Shown here piece after piece: positions 1 through 12,833 of a stretch of DNA of 64,000 nucleotides (position 1 is the first letter of the stretch; each line of letters begins with the position of its first letter). The stretch comes from Octopus vulgaris (taxonomy: Eukaryota). Made by a program: the position numbers and the translations under genes. The notes below the pieces were generated by a model. The model saw only the letters and a list, made by a program, of their open reading frames with translations. It did not search any database and was not told the origin of the DNA. Location of the stretch: positions 6,138,001 through 6,202,000 of the forward strand of contig OX597824.1 in the NCBI GenBank assembly GCA_951406725.2, given 5' to 3'.

Positions 1-1408
1 CATAAAAATAATTTTTAATACCATTAGACATTCTAAAATACTATTAAATTTCCTTCAATTTTAATAAAGGTAAAATCGGACAGAACTTATAGAATGACCT
101 GATATTTTTATTGAAGTTCTTATATTTATGGGTTCCTAGGAAAATTTTTCTCACGGCTAAAGTTAACGTATTGTATGGAAATGCTGATACTGACATTAAC
201 ATTGGTAGCGACATAATTATTTAATAATTTGTGTTTGGAAATGAATTGTTTGTTTCCCGAATTTACATAGAAGTGAAAATCTCGTAGTGGACACGCATCC
301 TTTTAATCTAACTTTCACTTATCATCTTTGTTGTTTTCGGGAAAGCTGAAAGAACGTTGAAGAGAAATTTGTTTACGTAGATTTGGCTTTCCAGAAATAA
401 ATGTTTCTGAAATAGACATGTAGTCAGAAATTTCGAGGGGAGATATTTCGTCGACTAGAGTGTTAAACGGGTACTTAATCTTATTGAACCCAGAGAGATG
501 AAAAGCAAATATAAACCGGCGGCATCTGAGTTCGAATCGTAAGGGGCTGCTTCTAAACACCAGACATTACTTCTTTTCGATGATGTAATATCACAAAATA
601 ACCTCGTATGTGGAAATAATTGGAGCAGACCAAACAATATAAGCAAGTTAAGGATTACTGTGAACTTTGGCTCTTTGGCATATCTATATGCAGAAGTATT
701 TTAACACCCATTCAGAACTAATATATTATGCTTCGTAATGATCGTGGCATGGATAAACGCCCATAATTATTCTCTTTATAAATAATGCCGACAAGTGGTT
801 AAGACTTTAAAAGATATATCATGGCATATTCTTATATATGAACTCAATGAATTGGTGAAGCGAATATTTCAAGACCTTTCATTTGCTTTCCAACTCAAAT
901 TAGCGTGTGTTTTTTTTAGCACGATATCTATTTCTTCTTCAACGTTTAGACTTCATTTGGGATACGTTAATTAGGAAATCGTCAGAAGGGTAATAAAGGT
1001 TAAAATCAATATTGGGTGCCCCTTTAATCATTCTAATTATACTGCTTTCTTTTCAACGCTCATGAGTATAAAATATACAGGCCACCTGTCTGTCTTTCAA
1101 ATATTCTGAGCATAATAAACCGAAAATGTTATCATTGATCATTCCCTAGAGTTTTTAGTATTAAGATCTCAAAGAGAAATGGCGAAGACGATAAATATAT
1201 TCACTAAATTACGCAGCGCAGAGCTATAGAGACTTGATATTTTAGCTTTGGTTTTAGACAGGATATTACGAGAATATTTTAGTTAATAAATGTAACCTTC
1301 ATTTAGATTTCTTTTGTGAGACATTTACGATTTTAAGCGATAATTCAGCTGCATATATTTCTATACGTAAATGGCAAAACTTAAAGATGTATATGTAATA
1401 CAATATAA

Positions 1409-1445
<37 letters not shown>

Positions 1446-1448
<3 letters not shown>

Positions 1449-1626
1449 CCAAGAAAAAAGCAACAAGAATGGATTAGCATCCATTCTTGTTGCTTTTTTC
1501 TTGGTTATAATCACCCCACATTTTTTTATGGTTAATACCATAAAGAATTCTGGTGCATCTAAGTTAAGTACCATATTCATTTGAATTCATTGGAATTCAC
1601 TTGAATCTTAATTGTTTTTGCTGAAA

Positions 1627-1628
<2 letters not shown>
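1446..1628 (+). mobile_element. PLE 3'-end relic, family 1: 62-bp hairpin plus tail, inside (TA)n
   Basis: Perfect hairpin 1446-1507 (arms about 29 bp, loop TAGC). The tail that follows is homologous to the tail at 22764-22847. (TA)n on both sides. Confidence 0.7.
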
Positions 1629-1684
<56 letters not shown>

Positions 1685-2082
1685 ACATATATAAATATAT
1701 ATATATATATATATGTATCTACATATATAAATAGATGAATAATCAATATGAATAAAATTTGTGAGTGTGCGTGTACGTTTGTGTATGTGTGTGTGTGTGT
1801 GAGTGTATGTTTTATATACAATGTATCGAGCGTTTCTTGATAGAATAAGCAAATGAGTGAGACAAAATATCCTTCAATGAATACGGACTCCACGTATCAT
1901 CTCGGAAAGATCTATATAGAGTCGCGTTTATGTAAGGCCAACACTATACGATACAGCAAGCGTTATAACACTAATTGGCCTTACCGTAAGAGAATACCGA
2001 TAAAACAGCTTATGAATAATTCCTCACGTTCTATACACACATGCGTGCATGCATACATACATACATACACACATATATACAT

Positions 2083-2312
2083 ATTTCGTTACTACCCAAA
2101 GGGGCTAAACACAGAGGGGACAAACAACGACAGACAAAGGTATTAAGTCGATTATATAGACCCCAGTGCGTAACTGGTACTTAATTTATCGACCCCGAAA
2201 GGATGAAAGACAAAGTCGATTCGGCGGAATTTGAACTCAGAACGTAACAGCAGACGAAATACCGCTAAGCATTTCGTCCGGCGTGCTAACGCTTCTGCCA
2301 GCTACCCGCCTT
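2083..2312 (-). mobile_element. tRNA-derived SINE, family B (Meta-domain-like body)
   Basis: Minus strand has B-box GAGTTCAAATTCC followed by TTTCATCCTTTCGGGGTCGATAAATTAAGTACCAG. Many copies in the window. Confidence 0.85.
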
Positions 2313-2577
2313 TATATATACACACATATATACATACAGACAAGTTCAAATTTATACTTGTAACTACTGGGGTACTGGGATATGTAACATACTGCCTAAA
2401 TACAATATCTTGAGAAATTAGTATTCTCAAAACTAGAAAGGAGAAAGCTGATTCGAAAACTATCAGATTCAATCCATCACTGGAACTGTAAAAATGTGTA
2501 AAACTTTCCAGATGTTTATCTCTTAAGTAAATATGAGCATGTCTAGATATGCAAGTATAAGCACGATAAGGCATTTG

Positions 2578-2991
2578 CTCTTACTCTTTTACTCGTTTCA
2601 GTCATTTGACTGCGGCCATGCTGGAGCACCGCCTTTAGTCGAGCAAATCGACCCCGGGACTTATTCTTTGTAAGCCCAGTAAGTACTTATTCTATCGGTC
2701 TCTTTTTGCCAAACCGCTAGGTGACGGGGACATAAACACACCAGCATCGGTTGTCAAGCAATGCTAGGGGGACAAACACAGACACACAAACACAAACACA
2801 TACATATATATATATATACATTTATACTACAGGCTTCTTTCAGTTTCCGTCTACCAAATCCACTCACAAGGCATTGATCGGCCCGGGGCTATAGCAGAAG
2901 ACACTTGCCCAAGGTGCCACGCAGTGGGACTGAACCCGGAACCATGTGGTTGGTAAGCAAGCTACTTACCACACATCCACTCCCGCGCCTA
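2578..2991 (-). mobile_element. tRNA-derived SINE, family A (CORE-like), full length, 57-bp TSD
   Basis: Matches copies at 61594 and 63628. B-box GGGTTCAGTCCC, CACCTTGGGCAAGTG core-like block, (AAAGAGT)n tail. Flanking direct repeats 2512-2568 and 2993-3049. Confidence 0.9.
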
Positions 2992-3099
2992 TATGTTTAT
3001 CTCTTAAGTAAATATGAGCATGTCTAGATATGCAAGTATAAGCACGATATGACATATATACAACAAAACACGTAAATCTGCACGTATACATAAATACAA

Positions 3100-3210
3100 A
3101 AATACCCTGTTGTTGGTCTTGAAATTTCAATGAAGGAGCCTTGAATCTGAATTAGAAACCGGCTCTTTCTCTATTGGCAAGAAATCTTGAAAGAAACTGA
3201 ATAATGACAT
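3100..3210 (+). repeat. Short dispersed repeat, probable PLE terminus with degenerate HHR
   Basis: ATGAAGG...GAAACCGG motif. The 3' part recurs inverted at 63065-63125. Confidence 0.45.
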
Positions 3211-3787
3211 AGATAGAAACGAGTGCAGAGAGAGGGAGAGGGGGTGTCGCGATAGAGATTTCACGGGAGAGGGAGGAGTAGGGGAAGGGAAGATGAGAAC
3301 AGAGTAGAGCAGGAGAGAGTGGGAGGAGAAGACGGGAGGAGAGTCGAGCAGAAGAGTTTACTAGGAGACGGAGGGAGGTTAGGCGAGGAAAGCTAGGAGA
3401 ATAAATTGAGAAGAGAGATGGGGAGCAGGCATTCTAGGCGAGAAAAGTGAAGAGAGCAAATTGATAGATGATAATCGGGAGCAGGGGTTCTAAACTCGCA
3501 CGGAGAATTGATTCAAGAAAGTTTATCTTATATATTTTTTTTTATGTCCCACTGTATGGACAAATTTACGTTTACAAGCTTCTACTATGCAGTATCAATT
3601 AGCTTCAAGGGCTTTTCCCTTAATTATTTTTTTCAAAAGCCGATTTGTTTGTTCATATTTGTATATATGTACTTCTCAAAGTGAGTCTGTAAGGGAAATA
3701 AGGCTGGAAAGGTTTGAGTTGAGAATGTAGTCAAAGCGATCGATTATCGGTATGTGGCGGTTTTTGTTCTATACATACATACATACA

Positions 3788-3821
<34 letters not shown>

Positions 3822-3851
3822 CATACATGTATACGTACATACATATATATA

Positions 3852-3929
<78 letters not shown>

Positions 3930-4771
3930 ATATTTTCTTCCTCACTTTCTATTAAACCAGCTTATTTCTTGGTTTCCATTTTCAACCAAGGGTTTCGGAT
4001 CGGAAATTTAAAAAGGATTTACGATTATTCCACGTGGAAAAAATTTCCTTCAGCGACTACAATATGTTACTGGTGAATTGTATTTCATTCCAAGATATTA
4101 CCTCGTAATATATTGAATTAGTTTGGTTGAGTTCTTCACTGATTTCGAACGGTTTCAACGCTTTCCTTAAATATTCCATACTTCAGAGTGTCTATAAATA
4201 CAATAACTTTCCGATCGATTCTATTTTATTCCAATATAGTTTCTAGTAATATATTAAATTACCCTTAATATGCAGGGACTTCTGGTTTGATTATTCCACT
4301 TATTTCGAACGGTCACAAGGTGTCCAACGGAGATTTCCTTGCAGATTCTCTAGAGCAAATATTGGTACGTCTTCAGCGTGTGGGAAACCATACTAAAAAT
4401 AAAGGACTTACCGCCATCGAATGGAAGATATAAGCCAGAATAAAATAGAGAACACAAAATAATAATAATAATAAAAATCAGAGATTTACCTCCCCTTCAC
4501 TACAAAATAAGTGAGTGAACAATTATCTCCCCCTGCAATATTTTAGCCCCTAGCAATATATCTCTTTCAACTCTCAGTTTGATTAGCAATGTGAAACCGG
4601 TCCTTATTTCAATTATGTTGAATGAGCAACACCTTATTTAGCAAAAAATTGTATATCTTTATTATCATGGCTCTAATATACTCTTAAATCCTGTAAAACA
4701 AATCTTCTGTGCCTTATCATCTTTTCCCTTTCTGTCTGTCTGTCTGTCTCTCTCTCTCGCTCTCTTTGTTC

Positions 4772-4843
<72 letters not shown>

Positions 4844-4957
4844 AAACTTGTCAAAGTGTAGTACAACCGTTTGGCTATGGAATGGTGAAACTATATTTTC
4901 GCTTTCTGAACAACCATCGTTTTGAACTTACGAACTTTTGCATTATAACAAGGATAT

Positions 4958-5204
4958 GCATGTATGTATGTATGTATGTATGAATGTATGTATGTATGTA
5001 TGTATGTATGTATGTATGTATGTGTGTATGTATGTATGTATGTGTGTATGTATGTATGTATATATGAATGTATGTATGTATTTATATATGTATGTATGAA
5101 TGTATGTATGTATGTATGTATGTGTGTATGCGTGTATGAATGTATGTATGTATGTATGTATGTATTTATGTATGTATGAATGTATGTATGTATGTATGTA
5201 TGTG
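4958..5204. repeat. (TATG)n microsatellite
   Basis: Direct reading. Confidence 0.95.
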
Positions 5205-6093
5205 TACTCTGATCAATAAGTATCTGGACTTTTGCCATAGTAACGAAACTAAAGCATGCAGAGAGAATCTGCTTGGCACAGATAACCTTAACCTCTGCTG
5301 TGCATGCGCACTAGGTTTTGCAGTTTCAGATCACTTCCGCTGTTTTAAGCAGTGCTTAGATGGAAAGTCTGTAACGTATGACCGTCGTATTCACCATGAT
5401 AGAGAAAGTTGGACAGGGAATATGCATCAGATTTTGCCAAAAGCTTGGCTATACCTGCAAAGTTTTCAAATGGCGTCTGCAAAGTTTTCAAAATGTTTCA
5501 TCGTCCTCCACAAAATCAAGGAGATCGTGTTTAACTGAAACCCGAATGTCTTTTTGCTCAGCTGAGAGCGGTTTGGGCACAAACTTGGAAGACACGCGTC
5601 TCCTACCCAAATCTTCTGTGATAATGGACTGAACTGAACCGTAACTAATCTGCACATTCTCTGATAACTCACAGATGGTGATTCGACGATTTCCGCTCAA
5701 ACCTGCACCCACATCCGCGATGTTTTTGTCAGTGCTGTTGGTCGTAGATCTCCCAGAACGTTCTTCGATATCGACATTGTTTTCTGCCATCTTGAAAAAG
5801 TCTGAACTATTCGTACACTTGTGTGGGGTCATACACTCCTCTCCATACACTTTCTGTAAATCTGCGCTGGCCTCTGGACAGGTATCGCTATGACATTTTT
5901 CTCTGTCATGGAAATGCGACGATCACACGCTACACGCCTTCCTTCCAAGCACTGCTGTAAACAGCGGGAGTGAGCTAGAATGTTAAAACATAGTGCGCAT
6001 GCACAACACTGTTCAAGGTCAATCTGTGCCTAACGGCTTCCCTCTGGATGCCTTAGCTTTGTTACTATGGGTACTTATTGTTCAGATCTTGTA
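5205..6093. mobile_element. Rearranged non-autonomous mariner element
   Basis: Imperfect TIRs: TCTGATCAATAAGTA at left and TACTTATTGTTCAGA at right. Transposase N-terminal fragments on both strands. Confidence 0.8.
5488..5910 (-). pseudogene. Mariner transposase N-terminal fragment (HTH region)
   Basis: VYGEECM...RSGRS...NRRITICELSENVQISYGSVQSIITEDLG...FVPKPL, the WVPHEL-equivalent motif. Confidence 0.85.
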
Positions 6094-6114
6094 TATATAC
6101 ACAGACACAGGCAG

Positions 6115-6150
<36 letters not shown>

Positions 6151-6174
6151 ATACACACACATATATATATATAT

Positions 6175-6560
6175 ACTAGCAGTATCGCCCGGCGTTGCTC
6201 AGGTTTGTAAGGGAAATAACTATAAAGCATCTTTAGAGAGTTATAGCCAAAAAATAGCAAAAAAATGGAAAAAAAATGATGGTAAATTTTTTTTTGAGAG
6301 TAAAAAAAGGTTGAGTTGCGTCCCCTAGACAGTCTGTGGTTTGTTTTTTTTTATTCTCGACCCCATGTCGAATTTATTGATTTTTTTCAGAACTGGGGGA
6401 ACTTTTCAAAATTTTCGCTGCGTTAGTTTTGAATTATGACATTGGGCTATGCGTGTGTCAAGTTTCATCAGAATCGGTTGAAAGCCGTGGTCAGGGTGAG
6501 GGTACGAGAAAACAGACACACAGAAACACGCACAGACAAACTGCCGTTTATATATAGAGA
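6175..6560 (+). mobile_element. Non-autonomous Helitron/Helentron-type (HINE/Lep1-like) element
   Basis: 5' ACTAGC...CCCGGCGTTGC; 3' AAGTTTCATCAGAATCGG...ACAGACACACAGA...TTTATATATAGA. This layout is typical of the class. Confidence 0.65.
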
Positions 6561-7215
6561 GATATAGATAGATAGATATCCCTCCCTCTCGCTGTTATTC
6601 TTTCTCTGCCTTCTCCCCGTCTCTCTCTCTAGGTTAATATTTGATTTAGTACTATCATTGCAGATGGCGCTTACGATGGCGAAATGGCTTCTTTCCGTTC
6701 TTCCATCAAATTCCTCTGCCAATTGAATCTCCTAACCAGCATCTCTAGATTTCAAGCTTTGTGTCAACTTCCGAAATAATTATTAGTAACTCACATTGTT
6801 AGCATTCGAAACTTCGTAACGTAAATATTATAAGTGCATCAAGTTGTGTGGAATATTTCGTTATCTGAATACAATCAATCTGTTTAGGTTCGTATGTGTT
6901 GTGCTGAATGTTGGAAATACGTCATTTTGCTTTCTTGTATACAATTTCATAGTATTAGCCTTGTTTATGTATTGCTTGCTGTAAATAAGATAATTCCCAA
7001 TTAAGATGAAAAACTTACTCTTCAAACTAATCAAATGCTTATAGATTGAATTAAGCGGAATAAATAACGACTTCTTACGACCAATTAATTTGCAACTGTA
7101 AAATATTTAGACCTCTGAACTAAGAGTTTATTTTAATTAGTATGTTTTTTTTGTTGTTGCTTAAACCTAGGTATCAGCTACAATCAAGTAAACTTATGAC
7201 TAACATTTTTTAGCG

Positions 7216-7216
<1 letters not shown>

Positions 7217-7268
<52 letters not shown>

Positions 7269-7279
7269 CATCATCATTA
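7217..7279. repeat. (ATT)n microsatellite
   Basis: Direct reading. Confidence 0.95.
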
Positions 7280-8607
7280 CGCGTTTTCCCAAGCCCTAGA
7301 ATATACTACCCAATATATTTGCTTTTTGGCAAGGGTTATACATCGGATTCAAGATATATATATATCGGATCCAGCATACTAACCTTCGCTTTAATTTTAT
7401 CACATTAAATGAAATTCAGTTATGATTGATTTATATATTTTTATGCTTATCAATAAACATGATGTCCGGAATTTCTGGACATATTTATATTGGGTGAAAA
7501 ATACAGAGACATAATTTCAGAAAACATAAAATTCATTATAACACTTAGTTTTCGTTAGATATAATAGACGTTACAACCAGGCTGATCAGTTAATTATGAC
7601 TATATTTATGTTTAATGTGTGAGACCAACATAAATCTAGATATTTAGATTTATGTAGAAATATTGTGCTTTTATGTTAGTCAATCAAGTTTGTTTCTTTA
7701 ATTAGTTCAGTCTGGCGTTATCCTTTTCTAATTACTGTTCTTTCGTTACTGATATGAAATCTAAATACAAACCATTTTGGAAATGAATATATTATATTGG
7801 ATCACTATTTATATCTGGATACGGTAACGTTAAGCTTAAAATACCGGGACTTTGGCTTTTATAAATATATTCATGCAAAGATTGCGCGGATCAATTTCTT
7901 GTGTATCGCTAGACAGTGATGAATTATCCACGAGTGAATAATGCATTCCATGGGATATAAAGAATGATAATGTTTCCTGTTTTGCGTAAAAAAAAAAAAA
8001 ATATGCCGATCACGTCTCTTCATGTAACAGATTCAGAATGGAATATTACAATACTCCAGGCAAAATATGTTTGTTGTTTTCATATATATTATTTTCTATT
8101 CTATTTATTTATTCATTTGGGTTCCCTAAAGAAATAATATTTCACCTTCGGGATGTACGCTACTACGAATATGTTCGAGATGCTTGAAGAAAATATCTCA
8201 AGTTTAGAGGGTACATTAGACCCTACATATCAAATTCATTGCCTGCTACTGCTAAGTTTTCGACTCAATGCACCAACTTTTTCAGACTTATAAGTCATAA
8301 TCATATACATATATGCATATATAAAAATTCTATAATTATAAGCATAATTATAATTAGGGTTCAGCAAAAATCGCTTCACCACATACCGAAATTTAGAAAT
8401 AGCACTTAAATACTATTCCACTACCGTAAGCTATCTCCCAGACAGTAATACTCTCAACTCACGCAGGTAAAGAGAAAAAATATCGAATCCACCCGCTTTG
8501 ATTAACTATATACGCGTTTCTGGGTTAAAGAGATATAAGCTGTTCGATGGCGCTTGGTCGAAATTGTTTGTTAATTATCAGTACTCTCAAATTTAAAATT
8601 GAAATAC

Positions 8608-8677
8608 TATACTGATGACGGGAATAAGTGAGTAACAATATGATTTTACAACTCTTTAACCCAGAATCGCGTATGTA
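8608..8677 (+). ncRNA. Degenerate minimal hammerhead ribozyme motif
   Basis: TATA-CTGATGA-CGGG...CCCA-GAATC-GC-GTA-TGTA. A related inverted copy (CTGATAA...GAAACGCGTA) lies on the minus strand at about 8505-8585. Confidence 0.45.
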
Positions 8678-8782
8678 CTTATATTCAGTTATAAAAATTA
8701 TGTGCACAGAATCATGCAATAAAAATATATAGATATATATAAATACATCAAAAATCCATTGAAAATATATATATATATAATA

Positions 8783-8845
8783 ACTGGCGGTGCCCCAGCA
8801 TGGCCGCAGTCTAAAAGCTGAAATATATAAGAGAATAAAAGAATA
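8783..8845 (+). mobile_element. SINE family A 3' fragment
   Basis: GGCGGTGCCCCAGCATGGCCGCAGTC...AAGAGAATAAAAGAATAAAA. Confidence 0.65.
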
Positions 8846-9287
8846 AAATAATATCCATACAAATACATTAAGAATATATTAAAATTATACAAATATATAG
8901 TTGTACTTAGAATCAAAACGATATTAAAAATATATAAATAGAATGTGTTGAGTTTAAAATCAGAATTGAATGTTATAAATCTATATGGCAGGTTATAGTT
9001 CCTTAAGGTCCGACCACCGTTTCTGGAGACATATTGATCCAGAGATATAGTAGATGTTTAAGGTCCATTAATTCATTCCCTTTTTCAGGGAAATTTACAA
9101 AGAATAAGTTTACATTTGTTTATGTTGAGGTTGTGGAATTCAAATTTGACAGACTTTATTAAAAAGCTACACTTATTGTTAGGGGTGGCGTGTAGGTGTT
9201 GGGGTGCGTTTTTTAAAGAGAAGTAGGTTGGGAGAATATACTTATTATTAAATTGTAACTATTAATAATATTAGAGGTGGAGGATTA

Positions 9288-9582
9288 AAAGGGTAAAGAC
9301 CCCCTTCGGTCAGGCACTGACCATGGGTTTGCACCTAGAGAGATACCCTCTGAGGCACAAGTCTGGGCAAGGTTGTTTTATGGAAGACCAGCAGTCGCCC
9401 ATGCATACCGGCCTCCCCTCTCCACGTCACTGATGTTGTCCAAGGGAAAGGCAAGGGCCGATACAGCTTGGCACCTGTGACGTCGCAACTCATTTCTACA
9501 GCTGAGTGAACTGGAGCAACGTGAAATAAAGTGCCTTGCTCAAGAACACAACACGCAGCCCCGTCCGGGATTCGAGCTCACA
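9288..9582 (-). mobile_element. SINE family D (CORE-like), 5' truncated, nested in the decayed PLE
   Basis: Minus strand GAGCTCGAATCCC B-box, then GTTCTTGAGCAAGGCACTTTATTTCAC. GC-rich block in an AT-rich context. Confidence 0.7.
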
Positions 9583-10866
9583 GGAGACGATATAATACAA
9601 CCTATTACAATTCAGATTTAATGGAATAATAATCTATTGTGAAGTCATGGAGAATTAGCCAACTGTCTACGAGACGAATAACACCTGTGTCTATAAGAGA
9701 AGATAACATTTGAAAACCTATTTATCATTGAAGAATTATACATTCACAGGATAGTTAATGATCCTTTAATACAGAGTTTACATTTATGTATATATGAATT
9801 GTAACGTCGGTGGGGATTGCTTCTGTTACTATTGACCAGAATAGTTTGTACTGTATATTTTGTGCTTTGAGATTATTGATATGTGTAGCTAGCGAAGTAG
9901 AAAATCTAGTTTTGGGATGAATAAAAGAATTAATATGTGTACGACATCTACACTTAAAGTTTACTCTGCCCCCAATATATACCAATGCATGGTGGTTGCG
10001 GGGTGTCATCACAATGCATTTATATATTACATTTTTGCATCTGCAAAAACATTCAAGAGGGCATAAATTGGAAGCATGGCAGTTACAGGATTTTCGCTTG
10101 CTTGATAGTGTATCGTACGCGTGAGGCTAATATAAGTTGACATGTCTTCGGTAAGGGTGGATCTAAGTCGGATTTTTTAACAGAATTGGAATGAATGGTT
10201 ATGGAACTAGTACCCATTACTTGGTAATTAGGGCTGCGCGATACTGTCATCATTTTAGAATTACTTAGCCTAGGAGAGTTGTTCATTGTTGTTTCCTGAT
10301 ACGATTGGGGTGCTATATAGGGATTTATATGTTCAATCTACTGGCCTCACAGTTTGCGACTATTGAAAGCAGCTATGGTAGATCCGAGGTTAGGTGTGCA
10401 GGAGCATGAGACTTTTATTCAAAATTTACTGAAAATGGAATAATACTTGTGTTGTGACAGAAAGTTTGATTTTAAGATTTTAAAAAATAATTTTGGTTAT
10501 AATTTCACCTGGAGGGGGAAGAAGGGTGGTGCGAACCATATAATTCACGTTTTCTGAAGGTGTTTTTTTAATTGTGCGTTTATAGCGGGCTGATGGAGGT
10601 GGGGAGAATTAAAGTTTCCATAGAACCGATGTTGCCAATGATGCTGACGTATATAATTTGAAAGCGGTCTTCTTGCTTTGTTGTTTAACTGGTGAGAAGA
10701 GGAGGCCATAGTCATATAGCCAGGATTACTATCTAGGAAAAGGTGTGTGCTATTTTATTGTTGAAATTGATATTCTGTACGTAGCGGATTTTTGCCGGAA
10801 ATCGGTTTTTTATGCACGTACATATCTATAAGCACATACACGCACAGACACACAGACACAGACACA

Positions 10867-10936
<70 letters not shown>

Positions 10937-10999
10937 TGTGAATAGGCTTTCTGATCTATCAATCTATATATATGTATGCATATATCTATATCAATATAT

Positions 11000-11044
<45 letters not shown>

Positions 11045-11116
11045 TGTTTTTATTCTCTCTCTCTTTCTCTGTTCATCTCCTCCACTTCATTTCTTTTGAA
11101 GAGCGTAGGTTCCAAA

Positions 11117-11126
11117 GATAGATAGT

Positions 11127-11224
<98 letters not shown>
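11117..11224. repeat. (GATA)n microsatellite
   Basis: Direct reading. Confidence 0.95.
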
Positions 11225-11640
11225 CATCGATCACAAAGCCTATTTGCTCCACAATAACTCCGTCATTTATTCAGATTACATGTTGGTCTTTACAAGACAA
11301 CAACTGTTATGAATCGAATATCTTCCAGTGGATTGTTCTATTATATTTCGGCTCGCTTGTTTTATTGCGGAGTTGTCATTTGTGCAGGGTATACATTCGG
11401 TGAGGCAGTAGAAATTACAAATGGATCTTTCAGTGTTGAAATGCATATAAATTCAGCTTCAATCATTTAAACATTTATCTTTGTCACAGAATCCTTCCGT
11501 TTGCCAACGATACTGGGTTGCAATCAAATGCAGATAAAAGTTAGACCCGCAGGCTAAGTTTCTATTTACATGAGCAAAGGAAAGAATTGTCATATATTGC
11601 ATTTCAACAATCCACTGAGATATAACATATCCGCTTATGA

Positions 11641-11717
<77 letters not shown>

Positions 11718-12762
11718 TATATAATGTATGAATAGTATGTGTTAATGTATATGTGTCACTTTAAAGAAATTGTAACTATTTGGTTGTAGTAACACAATTA
11801 ATGAATAACCGTCGTCAGTGACAGTAACCATCCTTAGAACAATAGAACAAACAAAATTCGAATCCTTTTCCAATGACAGAATCGATTAACTTGACTGTGT
11901 TTAGCATTGCATTTTCAAACTCTCCCGTATATCAACTTCCTTGTTCTGGTCGTTGACTTCTTTGAATTTCCTATCAAAACGGTATCGCCTTCTCTGGGAC
12001 GGACCTCTCTTGTATCTCTTCATCCATACATCTCTTCTGCAATTGTCTTCAGGTTAGAATGCTTACGTATCTTCTTCATAGGGATCTATCAGAAACAAAT
12101 ATCGTCAAACTTAGAGGCGGCATTCCCAAGCATGACCAACAGAGCTTTGAGTATTATCAAACCTTATCGCTTTTAATATAGCTATAGGTTTTCTGCTGGT
12201 GGGCGCGGCTTCGAGAATCATCTTTCCTGTGATATTGTAATCACACGTTCGTAATACCGAAGTTGTGTCCTCTCTCTACGGACAAGTAGCAGCTCGATAT
12301 ACGGAGTTTATTTCGACCTCTCAATTTTTCGATGCTTTAATCGTTCCGTATTTTCAAAATTGTAACGAAAAAAAATGAGAAAAATACTTAATAAAGAGAA
12401 AATCTAAAGGATCGGAGTAATCGATAAAGTATCAAAATATAACTTTATGTTTTCGAAATTGTATCCGTGCAATAACTATTCGTATATATCTGTGATGGTT
12501 ATTGTAATTGAATATGCTTCACATATATCGGTTTCGTTTTCTGATACGTCAAAAATAGTACAAATTAAATTTGTTATATGTTATTTAAGAAAAAAAAAAC
12601 AGCAACTTAGTTTTATAACTGCAAATAAATGTTTTCAAAAAATGGCTCACCTAATTAGTTTTTAGCAAAAATATTACAAAATTCTAAGTTTTTCGATCTG
12701 TCGACTTTATGCCATTCAGCATTCTGATGTTTGCGTCACTTGGAATATGGTCATCATGTATG

Positions 12763-12833
<71 letters not shown>

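Larger units (their letters stand above)
8345..10810 (-). mobile_element. Decayed, 5'-truncated Penelope-like element (family 3 terminus)
   Basis: Minus-strand fragments IWFAPPF...IKVSCSCTPNL (about 10370-10550) and GIY-YIG YIGGRVNFKCRCRTHINSF...STSLATHINNLK (about 9820-9985). Terminus at 8350-8405 matches 48204-48257. Confidence 0.75.

Noticed and set aside
315-646. Minus-strand ORFs that could be a terminal host exon (...LQRSFSFPENNKDDK)
   Set aside because: No recognisable domain and no linked exons; needs BLASTX or RNA-seq.
3930-4500. Several CTGAAG...GAAAC pairs on the minus strand next to (TA)n
   Set aside because: Stems could not be paired convincingly. May be an old pLTR but not supportable.
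6660-6760. Exon-like minus-strand segment ending at a GTAAGC donor
   Set aside because: Weak acceptor, ambiguous frame, no homology recognised.
11900-12320. GC-elevated, coding-looking stretch
   Set aside because: Only short frames on either strand and no recognisable motif.
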